Below, one piece after another: positions 19,942 to 29,229 of a stretch of 64,000 nucleotides of DNA; the first letter of the stretch is position 1; each line of letters begins with the position of its first letter. Below the pieces are notes generated by a model, which was not told the origin of the DNA, did no database searches, and saw only the letters and a list, made by a program, of their open reading frames with translations. The position numbers and the translations under genes are program-made. Source of the stretch: Nitrosopumilales archaeon (lineage in GTDB: Archaea > Thermoproteota > Nitrososphaeria > Nitrososphaerales > Nitrososphaeraceae); the NCBI GenBank assembly GCA_044507735.1, contig JBIQJB010000001.1, positions 64,001-128,000 on the forward strand. Reading direction: 5' to 3'.

Positions 19942-20472
19942 ATGTCAACAAGTCTCCTGAGCAAGAAGATGCTTGTGGTTGCTATCTTGGTTGTCGGTGC
20001 AGTGTCTGCTATCTTGGTGACATCATCGTACATGGCGCAGGCAGCGGCACAACAGCAACAGGAACAGCAGAAAAGAATGATAATGTGGCTGGACGGGAGA
20101 GGGGATCTGCCACAGATAAATGGTTCTGTGAGTGTGACGGAAGAAGCAAGTAATTTCATCAGCGAAAACGCCAATGTTTCATTTGTTACCGCTGCAGAGA
20201 CGGCTCAGGGCCAGGTTCCTGATGGGAGAGTATTTGGTGGTCACATGGGCGTTGTGCAGGGCTACCTTGTATACACATTCTTTGTGGCAAATACTGGAAA
20301 TCAGACTGGTCATGTGGTAATAGTTGATGCAGGAAACGGAAGCGTCCTCTATACTTCGGAAGGCCATTCGCTGGGATCCTTTGGTCCGCTGGGTGGTCAC
20401 TGGGGCGGCCATGGTGGCTTTGCCGGATGGCACGGACCCTGGAAGGGTCGCCACTGGGGTATGTGGGGCTAG
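19942..20472 (+). CDS. Secreted PepSY-like domain protein with Gly/His/Trp-rich tail
   Basis: Signal peptide; VSFVTAAETA...GYLVY...VIVDAGNGSVL PepSY signature. Confidence 0.8.
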   Translation: MSTSLLSKKMLVVAILVVGAVSAILVTSSYMAQAAAQQQQEQQKRMIMWLDGRGDLPQINGSVSVTEEASNFISENANVSFVTAAETAQGQVPDGRVFGGHMGVVQGYLVYTFFVANTGNQTGHVVIVDAGNGSVLYTSEGHSLGSFGPLGGHWGGHGGFAGWHGPWKGRHWGMWG

Positions 20473-20927
20473 CCCCCTCCTTTCTCCTTTTTTTGTATGA
20501 TTTGTATGAAGGACATATTGATGGCTCAGCAGCACTGGTACAAAAACATACAAGCATTTTTCTGCAGGTCTGGTCATCCACTTGGCAAAAATTGCACTTG
20601 GATTTTTCCGCATAACTCTAGTTTCCTGTGAGTTATAGGATTTGAATCTGGATTGCCAATGCACATATACTTTTGGAGATCTGTTTCATGCTTTTTGATC
20701 ATTTCATCATGGTCGCAAGTGCAGGAGAGAGATGCAAATTGCGAATACCTCCGAAATTTTGGCAACACTAGGAATATTGTTGGAGCAAACATAGTACTAG
20801 CCACCACCACGCAAATTCTGCATGGACTCTGACAGTCGCCTGAAATGTTGGCAGAAGGAGACAGCTCCAAATACCTGAAACCTATCAGTAGAATAATATA
20901 CTGCGTGTAAGCTACAGACGCCCACAT

Positions 20928-21932
20928 ATGCCCGCCAAGAAATGGCTTGATGATCAGGTGTCATTGGCTCCGCTGGAGAACCAGACTGTTGCAGTTATCG
21001 GCTACGGTATTCAGGGACGCGCTCAGGCGTCCAACATGAAGGATTCTGGGATAAACGTCATAGTCGGCCTCAGGAAGGGAGGCGCGACCTGGAAGCAGGC
21101 CGAGGCTGAGGGGCACAAGGTCATGGAAGTTGGAGAGGCCGCCAAGACAGCCGACATTATTCACATCTTGATCCCCGATATGGAGCAGGCAAACACTTAT
21201 GCAAAAGAGATTGCCAAACATATGACTGAAGGCAAAGCACTTTCATTTTCACACGGCGCTGCGATTCACTGGAAGTGGATTGTTCCTCCAAATAACGTCG
21301 ACGTCATTATGGTCGCGCCAAAGGGCCCAGGTCAGCGTGTCCGGGAGTTGTATCAAGAAGGCTTTGGGACTCCATCACTTGTAGCTGTCTATCAAGATCA
21401 TACTGGCAAGGCATGGGACCGCGTCCTCGCCCTGGCAAAGGCGATAGGCAGTACCCGCCCTGGCGTGTTGCAGACGAGTTTCAAGGAAGAAGTAGAGACT
21501 GACTGGTTTGGTGAACAGGTGGACCTTTGTGGCGGAGCACATGCGATGGTGATGAACGCATTTGAGACTCTTGTAGAGGCAGGCTACCAGCCAGAGGTCG
21601 CATATTTCGAGTGTCTCCATGAGCTAAAGCTGATCGTAGATCTGATCCAAAAGTACGGCATTACGGGTATGTACAATCGCGTCAGCGAAACCGCAAGATA
21701 TGGTGGGCTCACCCGCGGGCCACGCGTGGTAGACAAACAGGCCAAGGAAAAGATGAAGGAAGCGCTGAGAGAGATCCAGTCAGGTGAATTCGCAGAAGAG
21801 TGGGTCAGCAGGTACAAGAAGGAAGGCAAGGACTCATTTGCACGCTACATGAAAGAGATCGAGAATCACCCGATAGAAAAGGTAGGCAAAGAGATGCGGC
21901 GGATGATGTGGCCGGATGCTCCCGAGGTATAG
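20928..21932 (+). CDS. ilvC: Ketol-acid reductoisomerase
   Basis: IGYGIQG, FSHG, VAPKGPG, EVETDWFGEQ, YFECLHE. Confidence 0.97.
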   Translation: MPAKKWLDDQVSLAPLENQTVAVIGYGIQGRAQASNMKDSGINVIVGLRKGGATWKQAEAEGHKVMEVGEAAKTADIIHILIPDMEQANTYAKEIAKHMTEGKALSFSHGAAIHWKWIVPPNNVDVIMVAPKGPGQRVRELYQEGFGTPSLVAVYQDHTGKAWDRVLALAKAIGSTRPGVLQTSFKEEVETDWFGEQVDLCGGAHAMVMNAFETLVEAGYQPEVAYFECLHELKLIVDLIQKYGITGMYNRVSETARYGGLTRGPRVVDKQAKEKMKEALREIQSGEFAEEWVSRYKKEGKDSFARYMKEIENHPIEKVGKEMRRMMWPDAPEV

Positions 21933-22592
21933 AGAGCGCCTCGTAGAGCAACTGCCATGTGAACCCGCTGGCTGGAGTCTCCCTTCTTTGCCCTCCGAGT
22001 CTGACATTCAGACAGCCGGTATCCTGCCTACCAAGCCGATTGTGATTTTTTCCGTCCTTTGGAGCCTCCGTGGTGATCCTTTCCATCTTGCCATACAGCC
22101 ACTTCCAATGCAGCTGTGCAGGTAGCCAAGCCAGTAGCCGCCAGCATGCAGAAATGCACTGGGAACATCATTATCGCGTTGGAAACCTGATAAAAAGTTA
22201 AAGAGTTAGAAGTTCGTGACAACAACTTCATGCCGCATCGAATACACCACTTGATAAAGTTTTGATAATCAATCCTGTATTCATTAAGTGTGCTCTGGTG
22301 CCCCGTTCTTTCTTATCCCAATGTTCCGATCATTTCATAGTATCCTTTAGATCCAGAAACTCCAATTATGATACGGATGCTGCATGGGCATGCTGCAAGG
22401 CAACACATAGCTGTTCGTCAAACATTCAATGCAACCTGCATGGATGAAAGGATGGCGCGCGAGATCCATGAGGCTCTAAGGCTCCAAGGTTTTGGCTTGC
22501 ATGCGTTAGAACGATTCGTTCAGGATAGAGATGGAACTACTGATGCACTGCATTGCAATGTGTTCCCGCAACTTAATAGCATCAGATAACCG

Positions 22593-22994
22593 ATGAATCG
22601 CATGACACAATCTGAAATTGCGGGTCTCCAGGAGGTTAGGCGCAAATTCAAGGAAGCTCGCGCAACATATCAAAGCGTATTGCCAAAGGTTGACCCGGCC
22701 CTGATCGACGATCTGTTGGAAAGGCTGGAAACAGGTGGAAAGGAATCATTGCCATATACCATCGAAGTATTCACAAGAAATGGCGTTGACACTGACGCGG
22801 CGAGGGAGTACATCATCTCAAAGACGGGCCAGACGCCTGCGATATTTGACGACGGGACTCATTTTGTAACCAACCAAAAGCTGACTCTGGAAATGCTAAA
22901 GGAGATCTCTGACTCGCCCGATGTCGAAGCAGTGCATGGGACCTTTTGCGGCGGCACAGGGATGCGCGGAGCGTATTTCGAGAGAAGACGCTAA
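22593..22994 (+). CDS. Hypothetical protein
   Basis: 133-aa ORF with globular, protein-like composition; TATA-like TTAATA upstream. Confidence 0.7.
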   Translation: MNRMTQSEIAGLQEVRRKFKEARATYQSVLPKVDPALIDDLLERLETGGKESLPYTIEVFTRNGVDTDAAREYIISKTGQTPAIFDDGTHFVTNQKLTLEMLKEISDSPDVEAVHGTFCGGTGMRGAYFERRR

Positions 22995-23208
22995 TGTCCT
23001 ACATTTTTGTCATGCCAACCACTCTTGCAACAGCAAACTGTGATTTTCACGCTTTACTAGAAACTTTCATTGGTAGAAAGGAATTGGCTCGTCACCCGAG
23101 TCCTCGACAAGATTCTAGAGGTCCCAAGGTAGTGGAAATGCCTCTATTGCATCGGAGTCTGGCCTTGGTGATTGTCTCGTGACTACAAGATACGCGGTTG
23201 CATGTAGC

Positions 23209-23556
23209 ATGACTTCTACAGCAAGTAAAAAAATCGTAATGATGGCTCTGCTTGGGTCAGCACTTGTTTCAGGCATCTTGGCATTTGGTGGCGATCTGAA
23301 AGTAGCGCACGCGGATGATGACGACGATGAGGATGAAGACATCATCTTTGGCCTCGGGGGCAGAAGCCGCGAAGCGCCCGACGACGATGATGATGAGCGC
23401 GGTAGCGGCAGCCTTTTTGGAGCGGACATCTCAAGCTTGGTATTGGTGGGAACCGTTGCGGCCGTCTTGGGCACTGTCGGGTATTCGGGATACAAGCTAC
23501 TGAGGATTCGCCAAAAGAGACCCACTGTTCCCAAAGGAAGCAGCAAGTCAACCTAG
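23209..23556 (+). CDS. Membrane protein with acidic Asp-rich extracytoplasmic loop
   Basis: Signal peptide ending AHA, two poly-Asp tracts, C-terminal TM and basic tail. Confidence 0.7.
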   Translation: MTSTASKKIVMMALLGSALVSGILAFGGDLKVAHADDDDDEDEDIIFGLGGRSREAPDDDDDERGSGSLFGADISSLVLVGTVAAVLGTVGYSGYKLLRIRQKRPTVPKGSSKST

Positions 23557-23569
23557 GCGTGTTGCATCT

Positions 23570-24097
23570 ATGCCTAGACATGCTCTTTTGGTGATAGTGG
23601 TTACAGCAGTCTTGGCGTGTAGTGTTGTTCTACCAACAAGAAGTGCGCTTGCCGACGATGACTTGGGTGGCAGCGGAAGGGGGTCGGCTGTGACCCTTGG
23701 CTGGGTGGCGATAGGCGCAGGGTTGGTTGCAAACATTCCGTTTCTCCTCTATATCAGAGTCAAGAGAGTGTCTGTGACGACGCTGGGAGGAGGACACGAG
23801 ATAACAAGGGGTCTGGCGGTACAGCACCCAGTTGTTGTCAACTTCCACATGTGGATGAACCTAGTAGGTTTTGCAGCAGGGGCTGCTCACGGCATTGTCC
23901 TGTTGGGAGGTCTCGATGCCATTTCACTCTCTCTTGCAATCATCATGACCGTGATGGTAGTATCGGGCATAGCCCTTCGCTTCTCTTCAAGAAACGCTAG
24001 GGTCTTTGCAAAGGTGTTGCATGGGCAAATCGTGCTATCTGCAATGCTCGTGTTGCTGGTAGTGCTCCATGTCCTATCAATGGGTGGTTTTGATTGA
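23570..24097 (+). CDS. Multi-TM protein with four intramembrane His (cytochrome b-like)
   Basis: FHMW..AAHG and LHGQ..VLHV His pairs within hydrophobic helices. Confidence 0.65.
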   Translation: MPRHALLVIVVTAVLACSVVLPTRSALADDDLGGSGRGSAVTLGWVAIGAGLVANIPFLLYIRVKRVSVTTLGGGHEITRGLAVQHPVVVNFHMWMNLVGFAAGAAHGIVLLGGLDAISLSLAIIMTVMVVSGIALRFSSRNARVFAKVLHGQIVLSAMLVLLVVLHVLSMGGFD

Positions 24098-24328
24098 TGC
24101 CTTTGTAGCGGATGCGAAAATCTCTTTCAACAAGAGTGGGTTTTTTGCAAGTCCCAGCCCGGGGGCCCTTTGTGAAAAGCATCTGCGTTAGTCTGGCCAA
24201 TCACAAATCGGACAGCACCGTTGCGACGTTTTTTTCATTCATCCTCCTCTTGGCCTCTCCGGATGGCACGGAGCCAAGAGGGGTATTGCTCATCAATCTT
24301 TATATCAAAAAATGATGCAATGATTCTG

Positions 24329-24799
24329 ATGAAGATCATTAGCGCGATGCATGGTATGCCTGCCATGGACAAGGCAGAGGTTGACAAGTTTCTTGAAAGC
24401 AAGCTCAACATCCAGCTGGCTACAATAGATGAAATGGGTGATCCAAACATCCATCCAGTGTGGTTCCACCACGACAAAGATACCGGGGATCTCTATGTCG
24501 CCACAAACAAGATGTCGAGGAAGATACGTAACGTCCGAAGCAAACCAAACGTCTACTTTTCAATCGATGACGAAAATTTTCCGTACAGGGGAGTTAAAGG
24601 CAAGGGGACCGCGACCATAGTTGAAGATCCAAAAATAGTTGTGCCCATTGCCGAGAAGCTCAACATGAAGTACCTCGGGACGCTGGATCACCCTGTTGCC
24701 AAGATGATCATTGAAAATGCGAAAAGCGGCAACGAGATACTCTTGAGGATAAAGCCCAGGTTCTTCTCAACGTGGGACTTTGGCAAGGCGCAAGGTTAG
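24329..24799 (+). CDS. Pyridoxamine 5'-phosphate oxidase family (PPOX class) protein
   Basis: LATIDEMGDPNIHPVWF, SRKIRNV...PNV, YRGVKGKG, TWDF; ATG 24329 chosen. Confidence 0.88.
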   Translation: MKIISAMHGMPAMDKAEVDKFLESKLNIQLATIDEMGDPNIHPVWFHHDKDTGDLYVATNKMSRKIRNVRSKPNVYFSIDDENFPYRGVKGKGTATIVEDPKIVVPIAEKLNMKYLGTLDHPVAKMIIENAKSGNEILLRIKPRFFSTWDFGKAQG

Positions 24800-25230
24800 C
24801 GCTTGCGCACGTTTTCTGTGATGTGTTTGATTATGACTGGCAGCGGGGTTCCTGGCCCGAAGTTGCCCTTGACTCCCTGCTTTTCCAGCTCTTTCCGGTC
24901 GCTTTCTGGTATGATTCCTCCACCAACAACCAATATGTCGTCTGCTCCCTTTTCCTTGAGCAGCCTGGCAACTTTTGGGAAAAGAGTAAGGTGCGCGCCA
25001 TTCAGCAGGCTCATCGCCACTACGTCAACGTCCTCGTCAATGGCCATGTTTGCGACTTGCTCTGGCGTGCAGAATAGCCCGGAGTAGATTACCTCCATAC
25101 CTGCGTCGCGGAACGCCCTGCATATCACCAAAGCGCCTCTGTCATGCCCGTCCAGCCCAAGCTTGCTTACCAGTACACGAATTGGCTTTTGCCGCTGTTC
25201 TTGTTGTTGTTGCTCCTGCTGTGCCGCCAT
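24796..25230 (-). CDS. Methylmalonyl-CoA mutase, cobalamin-binding small subunit
   Basis: KLGLDGHDRG (DxHxxG), GGGIIP; ATG 25230. Confidence 0.95.
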   Translation of the reverse strand: MAAQQEQQQQEQRQKPIRVLVSKLGLDGHDRGALVICRAFRDAGMEVIYSGLFCTPEQVANMAIDEDVDVVAMSLLNGAHLTLFPKVARLLKEKGADDILVVGGGIIPESDRKELEKQGVKGNFGPGTPLPVIIKHITENVRKR

Positions 25231-25344
25231 ATTACACTTGGGAGATTGGCTTTTCCTCTTAAAATATTTATTCAATTCTGAAATGAATCGTCAAGCCTAT
25301 CGTTTAGTATAAAGTCATAAATAGAAATGCCTCCATACTAACGC

Positions 25345-25512
25345 ATGGCCTCACCATCTGAGGAAGTGGAAGAACTCAGGGAAAAAACTGTGAGGGAACA
25401 GATGGACCTTTACAGGCAACTGAAAGAGCATCTGGTCCATGAAGTTGAAAGGTACAGGAGCCTGGGCAACGACAGGCTTGCCAACGTTATCGCCGAATCG
25501 CTTGGAAAATGA
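25345..25512 (+). CDS. 55-aa helical small protein
   Basis: Below the track cut-off: MASPSEEVEELREKTVREQMDLYRQLKEHLVHEVERYRSLGNDRLANVIAESLGK; ATAAATA box about 22 nt upstream. Confidence 0.6.
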   Translation: MASPSEEVEELREKTVREQMDLYRQLKEHLVHEVERYRSLGNDRLANVIAESLGK

Positions 25513-25915
25513 ATCCCAAGAAACGTACCTGTCAAAAAGCCTTTGCTAGAGGTTAGACAATTCTGCTCCAGACAATCAGTCGGATCCATCGTGCAATTTG
25601 TGAAGTATGAATTGGTGGTAGCTACCTGAGCCATGAAAGCTGAAGACCTGCCAAGAAAGTTGGCAGGGGTCGCTTCAGACCTTGGGCGCAAAGGCTACTT
25701 GTGACTATGATACTTTGGTCAGCGCGCAGGGTGAACCGGCCATATTTTTGCTCAAGGAAGAGAGGGATTGGCGCTGATCGCAGAAAGCCCGGGGTTCATC
25801 AAGGCGGCGGAGGAGTGGGCACACATACTGCGAATATTTTTCGTAGCTTCCCACCCCTCTTCTCAATTCTTGATTGTTTGAAGAATTAATATTGTACACG
25901 GTATAACACCGTGCT

Positions 25916-26839
25916 GTGCTTCCGATAGTTAAGGGCTTGCTAGCAGGCGAGCGGCGCGCCTTGGCAAGGGCAATATCGATCGTGGATAACGATGAGCCCG
26001 AATCCCGAGAAATCATCAGGCAGATATTTGGCAAGACCGGCAAGGCAAGGACCGTTGGCTTCACCGGGCCCGGAGGCGCAGGCAAGAGCTCACTTGTAGG
26101 CAGGCTCATACCGGAATGCCAAGCACTTGGATACAAGGTGGCAGTGCTTGCAGTGGACCCGACGAGTCCGATCACTGGCGGTGCGATACTTGGCGACAGG
26201 GTCAGGATGCAGGGCAACCTGGACAATCAGGAGGTATTCATGAGGAGCATGGCCTCAAGGGGCGCAGTGGGCGGGGTTTCCAAGTCACTGAGAAACGCAA
26301 TAAGGGTCCTTGATGCGGCGGGCTATGACCTAATACTGGTCGAAAGTGTTGGTGCGGGCCAGCTTGAAGTGGAAATAACCAAAGTCGTGGATCTGACTGC
26401 GGTGGTATTTACGCCGCATACTGGAGACAATGTCCAGGCCGTCAAGGCCGGCCTGACGGAAGTGGGAGACATGTATATCGTCAACAAGTCAGACCTTGAA
26501 GGCGCCGCAGCGCTATATCGCACAATAGTCGACCTAATAGGCGACACGGAGCGCAAACCGACGGTGGTAAAGGCTTCTGCCAAGACGGGAAAGGGCATCC
26601 GGGAATTAGCCAAGAGTATTGATAAGTTACTAAAGGAAAAAAGCATTAATTATAAAGAACGGGAAAGAAAGATGCTGGAGGACGAGTTGAGGGACATGGT
26701 TCTAGATATGGTTAAGAAAAAGGCTTCGTCAATGCTTTCCGGTAACAAGAAATATTCAGAGTTTGTTGAAAAGCTGGTGAGAAAAGAGGTCGACCCCTAC
26801 GAGGCAGCCGAAGAGCTGGCCAATGGCCTTCTCAGGTGA
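25916..26839 (+). CDS. meaB: MeaB/ArgK GTPase chaperone of methylmalonyl-CoA mutase
   Basis: GPGGAGKS, AVDPTSP, GGAILGDRVRM, ESVGAGQ, NKSD. Confidence 0.95.
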   Translation: MLPIVKGLLAGERRALARAISIVDNDEPESREIIRQIFGKTGKARTVGFTGPGGAGKSSLVGRLIPECQALGYKVAVLAVDPTSPITGGAILGDRVRMQGNLDNQEVFMRSMASRGAVGGVSKSLRNAIRVLDAAGYDLILVESVGAGQLEVEITKVVDLTAVVFTPHTGDNVQAVKAGLTEVGDMYIVNKSDLEGAAALYRTIVDLIGDTERKPTVVKASAKTGKGIRELAKSIDKLLKEKSINYKERERKMLEDELRDMVLDMVKKKASSMLSGNKKYSEFVEKLVRKEVDPYEAAEELANGLLR

Positions 26840-26846
26840 TCATGAC

Positions 26847-28454
26847 ATGGCATCGACCACAACAAAGAAGCAACAGGACAACTTCAAGACTGACTCAAAC
26901 ATACCTGTCAAGCGCGTTTACAATAAGAAAGATCTAGAAAAATTCAAAGGCAAGCTTTCAGAGGAACCCGGCAAGTACCCGTTTACGCGCGGCCTCTATC
27001 CCAATATGTACCGCGAGCGGCTGTGGACCATGCGCCAGTACAGCGGCTTTGGCAGTGCGGAGGAGACAAACAAGCGCTTCAAGTTCCTTCTTGATCACGG
27101 CCAGACCGGGTTATCGCTGGCGTTTGACCTGCCGACCCAAACAGGAAGGGACTCTGACGATCCTCAGTCGGAAGGCGAAGTAGGCAGGACTGGAGTTGCG
27201 ATCAGCTCCATAAAGGACATGATGACCTGCTTTGACGGAATCCCGCTTGACAAGGTCAGCACGTCGATGACAATTAATTCCACTGCGTCGACACTTCTGT
27301 CACTCTATATCACTGTCGCAGAGTCGCAGGGCGTGTCGCCAGACCAGCTGCGCGGAACCACACAGAACGACATTCTGAAGGAATATGTTGCCCGCAACAC
27401 GTACATCTACCCACCCAAGCCCTCGATGCGCCTTATTGGAGACATGATAGAATTTTGCTCGAAGAAGGTACCACAGTGGTACCCGATTAGCATCTCTGGC
27501 TACCACATGAGGGAGGCTGGCTGCAACGCAGTGCAGGAGCTGGCGTTCACGTTTGCAAATGCTATTGAATACATCGAGACTTGCACCGCCAGAGGAATGA
27601 AGGTAGACGATTTTGCCCCACGTCTTTCGTTCTTTTTCTGCTGTACAATGGAGTTCTTTGAAGAGATCGCCAAGTTCAGGGCTGCAAGGCGCATCTATGC
27701 CAAGATAATGAAGGAGCGCTTCCGAGCCAAAGACGCAAAGTCGATGCATCTCCGCTTCCACGTCCAGACGTCCGGCGAGTCGCTGACTGCGCAGCAGGTG
27801 GACAACAACATCGTCAGGGTAGCGACCGAAGCCCTTGCAGCGGTGCTTGGCGGCTGCCAGTCGCTCCATACCAACTCTCGCGACGAGGCACTCGCGCTGC
27901 CGACTGAAGAGTCTGTCAAAATTGCCCTCCGCACCCAGCAGATAATTGCCACCGAGACTGGAGTGGTAAAGACCGTCGACCCGATGGCCGGCTCGTACTA
28001 TGTAGAATACCTGACCAACATGATAGAGGACGGGGTGAACAAGTACCTCAAGAAGATAGACAAGATGGGCGGAGCGATGGCTGCTATTGAAAGGGGATTC
28101 TTCCAAGAGGAGATCAGGAACAATGCTTACCGGCTAAAGAAGGAAATTGACGAAAATAAGCGCGTTATTGTTGGCGTCAACAAGTACCAAGATGCACATG
28201 ATGTGGAGCCAAAGCTCAACAGGATAGACCAAGAGATAGAAAACAGGCAGGTGGCGAGGCTAAAAGAGCTAAAGAACACACGTGACAAGACAAAGGTCGA
28301 TCATGCATTGTCGCAGCTCCAGTCCGCTGCAGAAAAGGATGAGAACCTGATGCCTCACATAATCAATGCAGTAAAGAACTACAGCACACTCGGGGAGATA
28401 AGCGCCACTCTTAGAACAGTCTTTGGGAAGTACGAACCCAAGATATCGTTCTAG
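26847..28454 (+). CDS. Methylmalonyl-CoA mutase, catalytic large subunit
   Basis: PGKYPFTRG, WTMRQYSGF, QNDILKEY, ISISGYH, QSLHTN; alternative start at 26823. Confidence 0.96.
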   Translation: MASTTTKKQQDNFKTDSNIPVKRVYNKKDLEKFKGKLSEEPGKYPFTRGLYPNMYRERLWTMRQYSGFGSAEETNKRFKFLLDHGQTGLSLAFDLPTQTGRDSDDPQSEGEVGRTGVAISSIKDMMTCFDGIPLDKVSTSMTINSTASTLLSLYITVAESQGVSPDQLRGTTQNDILKEYVARNTYIYPPKPSMRLIGDMIEFCSKKVPQWYPISISGYHMREAGCNAVQELAFTFANAIEYIETCTARGMKVDDFAPRLSFFFCCTMEFFEEIAKFRAARRIYAKIMKERFRAKDAKSMHLRFHVQTSGESLTAQQVDNNIVRVATEALAAVLGGCQSLHTNSRDEALALPTEESVKIALRTQQIIATETGVVKTVDPMAGSYYVEYLTNMIEDGVNKYLKKIDKMGGAMAAIERGFFQEEIRNNAYRLKKEIDENKRVIVGVNKYQDAHDVEPKLNRIDQEIENRQVARLKELKNTRDKTKVDHALSQLQSAAEKDENLMPHIINAVKNYSTLGEISATLRTVFGKYEPKISF

Positions 28455-28796
28455 CATTTGGCAGTTGTTAAATTGGACACAAGTAATCTCTCCGTGCAGG
28501 CGGTAATCAAAGGAATAGGGACACACATTGTCTCAAACTAGTGCAGAGGACATTCGCAACTAGGAAAGACTCTTGCAGAGCAAGAGCAGGGATAAGGCCA
28601 GACCTTGGACAAAAAGTCCTGGTACAACTTAGAGGAACATGATGCCAAATTCCTCCACAAAATCTCGCCTGCGTTGCGCTGAGTTGCCAGCGTCGCTATT
28701 CTTGCGCTTCCTCCATTGTGTCGCTAGTGATATCTCCTTATCAGCTACAATATTTATTAGATTAAATAAACTGTCAAACAAAGATAAAGATCCAAA

Positions 28797-29213
28797 ATGA
28801 GAGTAGATCACATCGCTATAGCGGTAAATAACGTAGAAGAGGCGCTCAAGAACTACCAAAAGATACTCAACATCGATCATCTGGAAATCGAGGAAGTTCC
28901 AAACGAGAAGGTCAAAGTTGCAATGCTGATGCTGCAGGACACCAGAATCGAGCTCATGGAGCCGACGGCGCCGGATAGCCCGATTTCAAAGTTCTTGCAG
29001 GACCGTGGGGAGGGAATCCACCATATCGCGATCACCGCCGACGACATTGAGAAAGACGTGGCAAGGGCCTCTGCCAATGGCATGAAGATGCTGGGGGGTC
29101 TGCGCACAGGATCATACGGTCGTAGAATCACGTTCATACATCCAAAATCCCTGAATGGCGTACTGACTGAATTCTGCGAAGCGCCGCCACACAACGGCAA
29201 AAAAGAAGAATAA
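28797..29213 (+). CDS. mce: Methylmalonyl-CoA epimerase
   Basis: DHIAIAV, IELMEP, GEGIHHIA, FIHPKS.NGVL.E; context next to the mutase. Confidence 0.94.
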   Translation: MRVDHIAIAVNNVEEALKNYQKILNIDHLEIEEVPNEKVKVAMLMLQDTRIELMEPTAPDSPISKFLQDRGEGIHHIAITADDIEKDVARASANGMKMLGGLRTGSYGRRITFIHPKSLNGVLTEFCEAPPHNGKKEE

Positions 29214-29229
29214 GCGCCGATATCTCCTT

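Noticed and set aside
28455-28796. Spacer between mutase and epimerase genes as an ncRNA
   Set aside because: No convincing stems; reads as short stop-interrupted fragments that I cannot assign.
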